This document shows, piece by piece, positions 28,501-40,500 of a DNA stretch of 64,000 nt (within the stretch, counting starts at the first letter, position 1; each line of letters begins with the position of its first letter). A program made the translations under genes and the position numbers. This stretch comes from Phoronis australis (taxonomy: Eukaryota; Animalia; Phoronida): positions 496,242-560,241 of the forward strand of contig NMRA01000228.1 of the NCBI GenBank assembly GCA_002633005.1, given 5' to 3'. The notes under the pieces are model-generated. The model worked only from the letters and a program-made list of their open reading frames with translations. It did not search any database and was not told where the DNA came from.

Positions 28501-31500
28501 GTCAGTCCCCATCATCAAGTGTCCTCTTCACACTGAGAACATTTACGCCAATTTTCAAAACCATCCCTAGAATGATTTGGTTGATACAGGGGTGGACGCC
28601 AAAAACAAGATTTGAAAACAGCAAAAATGGCCACTAGGTGGTGCAAAATACCTAGATTCCATCCAAGAACAGGAAGATAGCGTCATCACACCAATGGATG
28701 CCCGTATTTAAAATTCTATGAAAATCTATTGAGGACCTTTGAAGATACAGAGTTAAACGTAAAAAACTAAAATTGCCACTAGGGGCACACCAGTAGTCAG
28801 ATCTGTCCGAAAGTCGTCGTCATCCGTAGTCAACATCATATAAATACAAAAAAACTGCCACTAGGAGGCACCTCAGTAGTCAAAGTCGTCAGAAAATCAT
28901 CGTCACTCGTCCACTTCATAGTAAAAACATACATGCCAATTTTCACAATTACCCTGAAAACCGTTTGGTTGATAGATGAGTGGACGTCAAAAAACAAACT
29001 CGAAAACAGTAAAAATGGCCACTAGGTGGCGCAAACTACGTCGAATTCATCTGAAAACGGAGAGATAGCCTCACCTCATTAAAAGATGCTTATACGCCAA
29101 ATTTTATAAAAATATGTTGAGGAGCTTTGAAGATGCAAAGGTAAACGTAAAAAAACTAAAATGGCCACTAGATGGCACATCAGTAGTCAGGTAAGTCCGA
29201 AAGTCATCGCCATCTGTTGTTAACATCATATAAATATACTTACTAAATTTCGTAAAGATCCTGCGAATAGTTTAGGAGATACAGCCATAGATGCAAAAAA
29301 ACAAAACTGCCACTAGGAAGCGCCACAGTAGTCGAAGTCATCGGGAAATAATCGTCAGACGTCCACTTTATAGTAAGAACATATGTGTCAATTTTCACAA
29401 TCATCATTTGAGCGGTTTGGTTGACAGAGGGGTGGACGCAAAAAAACATACTCAAGAACAGTAGAAACGGCCACTAGGTGGTGCAAACTATGTTGAATCC
29501 ATCCGAAAACGGGAGGATAGTGTCATCTCACTAATAAGTGCCTACATACTAAATTTCATGAAAATCCATTAGGGACTTTTGAAGATACAAATGTAAGCAT
29601 AAAAAACTAAAATTGCCACTAGGGGGCACACCGGTTGTCGGATCCGTCCGAAAGTTCGCTCATGCCGTCCTATTCACGGAGGGAACATATGTGCAAAATT
29701 TCACGAACATACCTCAAGGGGTTTTGGAGATAGAGCAGCGGACGCCAGACGGACGGACGCAGATGACGGCATGTGTCCACATAAACATGTGGGCGCATAA
29801 AAACTAAAATTGCCACAAGGGCACACAGTAGTACTCTGATCAGAAGTCATCTGTTATCAGCTTCCTAGGAACACTTCTGCCAAATCTCATTAAGATCCGG
29901 CAACGGGTTTAAGAAATACAGCAGTGGACACCCGATGCCAAAATGTTGGCAATATGCACCCACATATAAATATGTGGGCGCATAATAAAAGGTGATGAAT
30001 CTCATACCCTGTTCATTAACTGGCTAAAATGAAAGCGTTTCCGTTAGCACTTTTGCTAGAAGTGAAAATGCTAGTAATGTAAACGGTGACAATGAAAATT
30101 GTCAAAAATGCAGCAAAACAATTTAATAATCCTGTAAACCGAAGTACTGGCGGTGCTCAAACTTTAAAAAGTATTTTGCTACTTTAAAGTACTGGGTTTA
30201 CTTTTAAACCATTCTAAAACAAGACACTCACAACAGCAACATCCCCTGCCGAAGGTCTGAGAAGGGACTGCACACAGAAAAGCAATTCCTCAGATGGATT
30301 TGTGAATTGGCAAAAATTTAAGAAAACACAGCCAAATGATGATTTGCACTGGGGTACTTGGTAAGGATACCAGTTTAAGAGGTTTGGTGGAAATCAGAAA
30401 AATGTAGGAGAGTTGTGCACAGTTATATGGATGCATGGAAATAAAAAAATGGGCTAAAATTCAAGAAAATTCAGTCAAACCGCAAAATGCTGAAGATGTG
30501 TACCATAGCACTTCGAAAAGAAACGTGTTTGAAAATTAGGTCGAAATCTCCTGCCAAATCCAGGAGAGCGGCCAAAATTCAGGAAATTATGGTCAAAGCA
30601 CATATTAGTGCAATGATACCCACTATGGTGCCTCCCAAGTATACTTTTTGAAATATGGTTAAAAGTGGCGCACAGAATAAGAGTATTATCCTCTGCATGG
30701 ACTCCTAGCGCTACTACATCCCCTTGACCTTCTCCTAGTAAGGTAGTCCAAGAATTCATACCCTTACAAATAGATGATTTTTTGAAGACAGTCATTTCGT
30801 AAGACAAACAACTGTAGACTAAATTTTCTAGAACTCCATCAAGCAGTATGAACAAATATCATTAGATAACCAAGCATAGACAGTTAAGTTAAAACTGTTG
30901 AAAGTAGGGTAAGCTGCAGTAGGAGCCATTTCAAAATTGACATCTGAGAGTAATTTGTGCCAAAGTTGAAAAGAAAGATATACAATGTAATACCATAGAT
31001 CAGGCAAGCAAGTAGCTGATGTTTGCCCACTTGATGAAAAGCTACAAAGGGTGCTCATTATTTCAAACATTGTCACTTGAAGGAATTCAAACTAGGGCTA
31101 AAAGTACCTCCTGTGAGGGCAGCACTAAACAATGCTTATATGCAAAAACAGGTGGGGTCTAGTGCAGTGTTCTGCATAACCTGATGCGATTCGTTGTGGC
31201 AGCAAGTCTGGATTTTGCTGTTATGAGTTTGGCTTGCCTGTGTCAAGTTGGAGAGACAATGCCACAAGTGTGAACTCATAAGGAGATCTGTAATCTCTTC
31301 AGCAAAATGGACCACTTTGGATGTTTGACACCAGTTTCAAGGCTTTGAATACAAACATATCATCAGAGTTAGAACACAATCTTTGAACATGTTGACTTAA
31401 TGAACTGTACTGTTGTTGAGTTTGTATTTTCTGTATCTTTTTTCCATAAAAAGAAGACAACATGAATTTTATGAATTTCAACTAATAGTTTTAGCACATG

Positions 31501-34500
31501 ATATCAAGCAGCTCATCAGAAAAAAGCGAACACCAAATAAGTCACTAATACTGCAAATCAGAGGAACAGCACAAAACAACATCATAAGAGCAATTTTTTA
31601 TATTAAAAATTACATATATAGAACATTTCCGCAATGCCACCTTGCAATGAATTCCATGACCCAAGCATAACCCAGAGATAAATTCAACACCAGCTAAGTA
31701 TCAAAGCTGGTGAGAAAGCTTAAGTTAATTTTACATCGAGGCTTCTCTGTAACCAGAATTAACTTGGTAAAAACTGGCCTGCAGATGCAGACCCCCAGCA
31801 CAGAACAGCAATGGCTGCATCCAAGAGAAAATCAAAACCAGCCATGTTCTTGCAGGTGGAAAAATATCGGTCAAGTTTCATGATAAAACGAGACATAGAG
31901 ACAACGCTAATCCACTGGGTAAAAGACAGCAGCAATATGTTCCCACAGGGGTACATGTTTGTGAGAGCATCGAAATTACAATTATTAAAGTTCACTGCTA
32001 ATCCACAATTAGATATGGATCAGATCAAAAAAGGATATGATAATAGAGGTTATAAGAACAAGTTTTTGAGAAAACACAGTGTTAAATTGTAAGCCTATTA
32101 ACAAAAAGTAATCCCATCAAAGGAGAGATGAGTTATTCATAAATACATAATACAAATAACCATGGAGCAAGACATTTTATGCTTGCTGCAATGCAGAAAA
32201 TAAAATCCTTTAAACAACTCACCAGTTTTCTTGTCACCAGCAGCAACTTCAGCCAAATACCTGAAGTAGTCCCCTTTCATTTTGAGGTAGAACACCTGAC
32301 TTTCAGCATTTGCATTAGTAACTTTGACATCTTGCTTAAATATCAGGTATGTAGTGAGTAAATCCTGTGGAAATAAAACCCAACTTTTTAGGGAGCGTAG
32401 CAACAGTCATATTCAAAATTCATCTGAAAACCAACGTCAGCCATGCAAAACTAAAACACACTTGGTATCTAATATTAACATGTAAATATCAAACATATCT
32501 TTTAAATTTTACCCCAATGTTTAACCAAACTTGAAAGATACTGAGACAGGCACAACAAATAAAACTGCCATAATGTGCATTGGGATGAGTCTGACACTAA
32601 ACATCTGCCATGCTCATGACACCAGGAACATATCTCAAAAATTTCACTTTGATGAGGACTTCAAACCCATTGGCAAATAGAGAACCTATAATCAAAACAT
32701 AACACCAGAATACTCAAATTGCTACAAGGGGATGCAGCAGCAGTCAGCTCAGCCCAAAAATTTATGGATGGTATAATCTCTTTAATAGGAACACATTTGT
32801 GAAATTTCATAGATTCAACAAGTGTTATAAACTAAAATTGCCATTAAGTGGTACAGCAGTAGTCCGATCTGTCCAAACGTCATCTACATCCGTCATCACG
32901 CTCGTAGAAAAACACTTGCCAATTTTGCCAAGAAGAAAAATCCTTTTTACAACACGAGCAATGCTAATGCTGGATTCAGATTTTTGAAAACGTTTAAGTC
33001 TGTGGAGAAATGACAAAATTAAAATTTCATTTGTTTGTCGTAATGTGGGCAAAAGAGCGTCATTTTGTTAATACCACGTCTAGAAGCAAATAAAAATGCA
33101 GATTTTTGACAGAAGTTATCATTGTGGCAGATATTAGGTCTATTTACATGGATGATCGCTATTTTAATCGTCATTTTAATCGTCATTTCAACATACCGGG
33201 TAATATCCAACTTTAATCGTCATTACATTATCCGTTAAAAACATTGGATTTTACTCAGCAAATGCTAAGCAAAATCTGACAATTGCATTAAATCACTTGG
33301 GCCGCCTACAGATACTGGACGTAGGTCATCAAACGCATGCGTGGGTCACCAAACGCATGCACATTTCATGACATTGCTTTGAGCCATCTGACTTCATTCC
33401 GGAAATGTGGTCAGAGGTACATTGCAAGGTTCCAATCGGTCTACAGGGATGTCGAAATCCAAGGCATTCTCTCAGTGACCAAGAAAGATAGCTTTGGTGT
33501 TTGCTTGGCGCCCGCATACAAAAGGATTTGGACGTAATATTTACACCTTGCTATGATGTTATCGTTTGCCTGGTCAAGCCGCATCGGTGTCTTGCCCAGA
33601 ATGACAACTGCCTAGCAGTCTTAACTTAGGAGTAATATGAACTGATTATCCTAGGTTTCGTGTGATGTTGGTTTGGTGTCCATTTTGGTTTGGTGTCCAT
33701 TTGTTTTGTAGTAAAATACCAGAGAAATAAAAATCATCATGTAAGCAGTCACTGGTTACCATCTCAAAGTAAGCGTAAGAATAGCAAAGAAATAGCACAA
33801 ACAATTTCCGCATGTAAATGCTGCTAGTGAGTTCAAAACCAAATGTATTTATTAAATTTTGTATCATAAATGCAAGATGAGGAGGTAAATATTCACAGGA
33901 ACTGCACACCAAATGCTTGTCTGTCTGAAAAACCAGAGTAACTCTTCTTGGCAAACTTTCCCCGTCTTTGAACACTTCAGACAAGCAGCATAATGTTGAG
34001 ATTTTACACAGGTATGTAAAACATTAACTCCCTACCCCCAGCACTAAATTTTCTGGGCATTTGGAAAAGGCCACTGACCATGGAGCACGCTTTTAAAGGG
34101 CCATAAATATATTTAAAACCTGAGCACACACAGTAACCAACGCCCTCTTTAAATGTTAGATACAGCAACTTTATTATGCCTAACAAACGCCTGTCTTGTG
34201 AGCACCTACATTGCCTGGAACACAGGACTGGCTACACCATCATGCATGTTGGTGACTCATTCTTATAGGTGCAGTTTAAAATAGAAACCATCCAAGCTGA
34301 AGCTATATTTAGATGTGACAACAGGCAATAAAATGAGGCCAGAACAGGAACAAGTGTACAGACTGTGCAATGCTGCATGGGCTTGTAATATTGATTTCTA
34401 TCACACTATTCCTCAAGTCCACATGCTGTACTGACATGGGTTGTCTACCAATAGAAGCAAAAGATGTTACAATACTAGAACTGCCAATTGATACCATATG

Positions 34501-37500
34501 GGAAAAATATTGATAACAAGAAACACAAATAAGTAACATGTTTCAAGGTCTTCTCTATATTAACGGGGAACCATAGATGATTTCCCTCACACCAGGTGCT
34601 GCAACAAAGTCAGATACATGTCACAGTATAAGCCCAAGCAGCAGGCCTTCATGCAGCCTATGTCCTGAGCTCCCTGGCAAGGACGCCCAATCTATCATTT
34701 GGACGCCCACTGTCAATAGGAACCTTTCAAGTTTGGACTCACACACTGTAATGAATACTAGGAAGCCTCTGAAGGCTCACAGTGGGAGCTCTTTTTTCAA
34801 AGCAGGAAGAAATATACAATGTATATACAACAGATATGCATTGTTGCTATTTTGACACTTGATTGACAGCAATGTAAGTCTTGGTCTACACAGTTTTTTT
34901 TAGTAAAAATGCTCACCATAGAAGACTGTTTTGTGAACTTAGATGTAAAAACCTTGATCTATGCATTTTTTGAAAAAAAATCTGTGTGCTTGGGGGTATT
35001 GATGGGGGTGGGGGGTTACGCGTCGGAATCATGGACGCCCTGGAATATTGGGAACCCTATTTTGGACACCCTATTTTCAAAATCCTGGATAAAGGCCTGC
35101 CAAGCAGCTGTGAACGGTGACAAAATGGCATCAACTTGATTCTGTTCTGTTACCGAAAATGAGGAATGAACGGCATCATAGCAGGGATAATCTTAGGATC
35201 GCGCCCCGCATCACTGACACACCCTGATTGGTTAACGTCTTCAGGTCGACCTTAAAAATTTACATATTATAGACAAGCAGTCAAACCAGAAATGGCTCAG
35301 TTCCCAATATCGGTAACTGAACACTATTTAAAATGAGATGTCGAATGCGGCAGCATTTGTTCGAGCTAGGATTTGTAGACTCCAAGTACCTCCAAATGTG
35401 TCCATCTACACTTTTATAAGGTAAATGTAGTAATTTAACCACGGTTCAACTTGACGAGCTGCAGGTTGCATTTGCGACCTCAAATTTAGAAATTCGAAAT
35501 GAGATTTTGGCGAGCTCGTACCAAGTCGCAAAATGCGACCTGGAATTTCCAATGTACGTATGCGAGCTGAGTTTTTACACTACTCGACGGATAGCTGTCA
35601 AATATAAAGCAACTCGTCTTACTTCGGCCGTTACTTGGTTGTTGCCAAATCAAGTTCAAAAGAACACTAACACAGAAAAGTCTTCCCAATGACTTCTAAA
35701 CATGTCCCATAAACATGGGATAATGCAGACGTGTTTCATTGTATAATATTTTCTGTTTTTTTTTGCAAATTTCTGGATGTGACAAAGAAAGTTTCGGACC
35801 ACGGAATAACACGAGATAAAGCGTAACATAGTAGTGGTATTTATAAGAATTCTTAAACGATCCACTTTTCAAACTTAGTGGTAGAAAAACATATTTATTT
35901 TTTAATGTAAGATGTCCTTATAATCAAATTACAGCAACAAGCATGACACTATCCTTGATATTGCACTGCCGCACTGGTCTGTTCCACTGCGCGCAACCAG
36001 ACAATTGTGACTAGAAAATGTGCATCTCGATTTTTACGCAAAAGACAGCAAACTTGAAAATGACAACACAATTAAACGCCAAATGACAGCCATGCCTTTA
36101 CTTTCAGCAAAGTAGTTTTGAGTCGCCAAGAAATTCTCAAGCACTCCACTAGTTTCTGGATCTACATACGCAACATGTGAGTCAACCATCACACACAAGG
36201 TAAAATGGAGGCCTACTCCAGCTATTCAAGAGCATGAACTTATGCATGCACACAACTCCAAGCTGCACATCTAAAGAGAACAGCGATAGCACTAAATGAA
36301 AGAGTATACAAGCATGGCTCCGTTAGGCGCCCGGGTGCCAATGCTTTATTACAAAGTTAACTCCCGGCGATTATTGGAGACCCGATGCTTTACGATATTC
36401 CCCGGGACAGATGTAGTCAAAACTGATATTTTCCTGTTTCAATGTTCCCTGGGGTCGATTTTAACTAGGCCCGAAGGTTCTATGTCAGTAGCCAGCTATT
36501 GCAACTAAACATGTAGACGCAAAATTTTGGTTAACTTTTATTCTTCTCCTCATACACTGACCAACCTATTATTCACTACCCTCATTAAGACGTAAATTTT
36601 CCACACTCGCATACAAAGAATATTGTTCCGGCTGAAGGAGGCAATTAAAAACAAAATTAAAAGGCCCTTTCATACTAAAATCGACGCGAAAGGAAGTTTG
36701 CACTCAAGAGTTATCTATCTTTGGATCTTTAACGACTTTGATGATAGTCCAATAGCAGGTCAATCCTACAAGTCACAGATAATTTTTCAACGAGTATTTT
36801 CTCCTTTTTCACATTCCACACTTAGCTAAATGAATGCATGTCGGTTAGAGAGCACTGATTCAACTTTCAATTCGGCAACTAGCCTTGCCCTCCAGAGCCT
36901 TTCACTGAATGGTAGTAAACAACGGAAACATCGTTCATACATGTAAGAACTCAATTTTGTGGCCTGAAATTAGTGAGTATTTAACACAAGTAAGAGCATA
37001 ATTAAGCATTTTCTCGATGACCTAAAAATTAATTTTGGGGCGTAAAATGGCAAGACAATTTTGCGACCTGGAATGCAAGCTGAACTTTGAAAATGGGATC
37101 TGGGATTTTGGCTAGGTTGCAAATTTTTTGGGATATGGCGATTTTCATAGCATCGAGCCCTCTAAACATCAAAAGTTAAGCCAGCATAATTTGCAGAAGA
37201 GTGTGAGCCGGTGCCTAGCCTAGCGCGAGCCCTAGACATACAGCAAACGCTCAGCTTTGCACCATGTCCACGAGCAAAGCCATTTGCACATATCGGATAT
37301 AGGGGTCTCTGACTTAGAGAATCAAGATTTATCCACTGAATAATGGGTCAGTTATTACTTGGTGAAAAAGTTCTCCAAAGCATTTGCTTTGTCATTAAAT
37401 TTGTTTATTTGTTCTCACCTACAGGTTGCATTTTTTGTCCAGAGTGGAAATTACAAGTAACATGTGTCTTGTGAATGGCACGGAAATTGTGGTAGAAATC

Positions 37501-40500
37501 AGCAGCAAGATGGCATTGTGGTAGCCATTTTTCACTATTTTGATTTGACACAACAGTTGGAGGAAAAAATGCTGCTGCGATTGGTTGTCCTGATTCTTCA
37601 TAGCCTGTATAAACCAGTAAGTACTCATCACTCGAGATCAGCAACGTAACATCTCGTCAGACAGTGTTTGCAGGTGTTCTAATTTGACAGCTAATTGACT
37701 AGTAGTAGGGTTGCTGTTTTGATGTTTTGGTGAATTTTGATATGGAAATGGTGGTTTTAAGCACTTGATGGTTTATCATTTACTATGCGTTGTTGGTGTA
37801 ACACTGTAATAGGTGTCAGGGTTGTGGTCGTTAATGTTCTTGTTTTCATCGTCGATTTCATAGTTTATTCAGTTTCGCCCAAGTGTAGCTAATCAGAGCG
37901 TTTTCATTTGCCTGGTTCTCTATATCAGGGCTAGGCAATTACATTGTCCTGGATGCCGCAGAATTTGTAAACAATGGCTTAGAGCAATCAGATCATTCAG
38001 AATCTGTCACATGATCACTTCTCTCAAACTGCAAAACTCGAGTCACAAAATAGAACACAAAAAATGTCAAAATAAATTGAAGTACACAAAAGGCAATTTA
38101 AAACACATTGCAGTAACGAAAATAGCATTTTGTATCCCGTTTCGGCGGCACATAGAAAATCGCACTCAGGCAGTAAGGCCTCGCTTAGCAGCCAACGGCA
38201 ACTGGCGTGCATGTGGGATCAAACAAAAGAATTCCATACATCACTCACATCTCACGATTCCAATCCAACGAATAACCGGTTACGGTTGAATTTCCTTTCA
38301 GGAAAAAATTGTTATATCTAGTGTTTCATCGTTTTCAGTCGGTCCTCTGACTCCAACTTAGTCCAAGGCGACTCGCCCACACACTCCATAATTGTTCCTC
38401 TCTCAAAGTTTACAGAGCACAAACCTCAACTTATGTTGTTTATGAAGACATTGACCGTTTCTTTTATCCACCTTTTCCAGGAAATATTCTGTCTACTCCA
38501 CAGTCCACGCATTTTTTACCACAGAATCGCACTATTTGTCACTGCGATTTGATACCATTGATGAACCACGCTATCCCAGCCATAGGCACTTGAATTTATC
38601 TGTTACTCGATTGCCTCTGACGTCACTCACTACTAAGAAAACATGTTTCTTATATATGGTTACGAGTAATCGGGAAATTCGAGCGCCTGTGATCCGCAAT
38701 TACAATTTTCGTTCCTCCGAAACATAAAGAGCAGTTTCCGCTTTTCGAGTCGTCGGCAAGGCCGCGGTGAGAAACCAATTTGCCTCGACAATTTTAAGGC
38801 AAATCTAATTTTTCCACGGAAGTATAACGAAAATATGCAGAGGGAATAAAAGAAAAAAGCAGAAATCCGCGTTTCTGTGATAAATTCCAAGCCTTGCTTA
38901 AGTCTGGAGACAATTCAGTCAAGATAACTCGAACAAATCAAAAATCTGTCGCGGTTTACTAGAGTTTCTCCTACCAGGTGCCATTTTGAGGAAGTTACGT
39001 GAAATCACGCATGTTGACGAATAAAAAGTCCAAGGGACACAAATCTTACAAATTTCACCTGATACCTTTCCATGCTATTTTGCAAGTGTCACGCGCTAGC
39101 GTCAGAGCTTTATGCAGGATTTCGAAAATAGGGTTTCCAAAACAGGGTTCCCAATATTCCAGGGCGTCCGTGATTCCAACCACGCATTACCCCCACTCCC
39201 GCCTCGCCCCCACACAGTGAGACTTTTTACAAACAAGAGCAACGTAGAGCGTTGAAATGCGCCCACAATTGCACCGTATACGGTATCCTTCTATGGTTGT
39301 TTATTGGTACCATAAAGTGGCCAGTAGAGGGCATATATGTAGTATGTTGTACTTTGCAAAATGGAAAGGCATGGTCATTGTCTCCTCAATAGGCTAGGTT
39401 TCAAAATGTGAGTGATCTTCATAATACAAGCACATCCTATGCATCAGTTGCTTAAAGCACCACAGAAACATAGAATTAAAAACAAATTTACCAACATACG
39501 AGATTAGCACAGCATTAGAATGCCAGAAACAAATTTCTACTTGGAACTTTTCCTTCATAGTCACGAAGTAACACAAAGTATACACCTGAAGACCTATGAA
39601 AATACAGAGGTCAATGTNNNNNNNNNNNNNNNNNNNNNNNNNNNNNNNNNNNNNNNNNNNNNNNNNNNNNNNNNNNNNNNNNNNNNNNNNNNNNNNNNNN
39701 NNNNNNNNNNNNNNNNNNNNNNNNNNNNNNNNNNNNNNNNNNNNNNNNNNNNNNNNNNNNNNNNNNNNNNNNNNNNNNNNNNNNNNNNNNNNNNNNNNNN
39801 NNNNNNNNNNNNNNNNNNNNNNNNNNNNNNNNNNNNNNNNNNNNNNNNNNNNNNNNNNNNNNNNNNNNNNNNNNNNNNNNNNNNNNNNNNNNNNNNNNNN
39901 NNNNNNNNNNNNNNNNNNNNNNNNNNNNNNNNNNNNNNNNNNNNNNNNNNNNNNNNNNNNNNNNNNNNNNNNNNNNNNNNNNNNNNNNNNNNNNNNNNNN
40001 NNNNNNNNNNNNNNNNNNNNNNNNNNNNNNNNNNNNNNNNNNNNNNNNNNNNNNNNAAAACAAAACTGCCACTAGGAGGCGCCACAGTAGTCGAAATCGT
40101 CGGAAAATCATCGTCAACCGTCCTCTACATAGTAAGCATATACATGCCAATTTTCACAATCATCCTTTGAGCGGTTTGGTTGATAGAGGGGTGGACGCAC
40201 AAAAACACACTCGAAAACACTAAAAATGGCCACTAGGTGGCGCAAACTATGTCGAATCCATCTGAAAACGGGAGGATAGCGTTATCTCACTAATAAGTGC
40301 TTACATAGCAAATTTCATGAAAATCCGTTCAGGACTTTTGAAGATACAAAGGTAAGCGTAAAAAACTAAAATTGCCACTAGGGGGCGGACCGGTAGTCGG
40401 ATCCGTCCGAAAGTTTGCACATGCCGTCCCATTCATGAATGGAACATATGTGCCAAATTTCATGAACATATATCAAAGGGTTTTGGAGATAGAGCAGCGG

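Larger units (their letters stand above)
24941..29985 (+). mobile_element. Old degenerate HINE/DINE-1-like copy interrupted by two younger insertions
   Basis: Degenerate 5' end AGCAAGAG...TTGAAATTTGCCCAC at 24941. Monomers at 25020-25765, 27965-28110 and 29803-29985. 3' hairpin ATGCACCCACATATAAATATGTGGGCGCAT. Confidence 0.7.

Noticed and set aside
28200-29700. Regularly spaced GCCACTAG motifs as CRISPR-like repeat/spacer array
   Set aside because: The intervening sequences are themselves homologous with a three-unit period and recur in other copies, so this is a tandem array inside a transposon.
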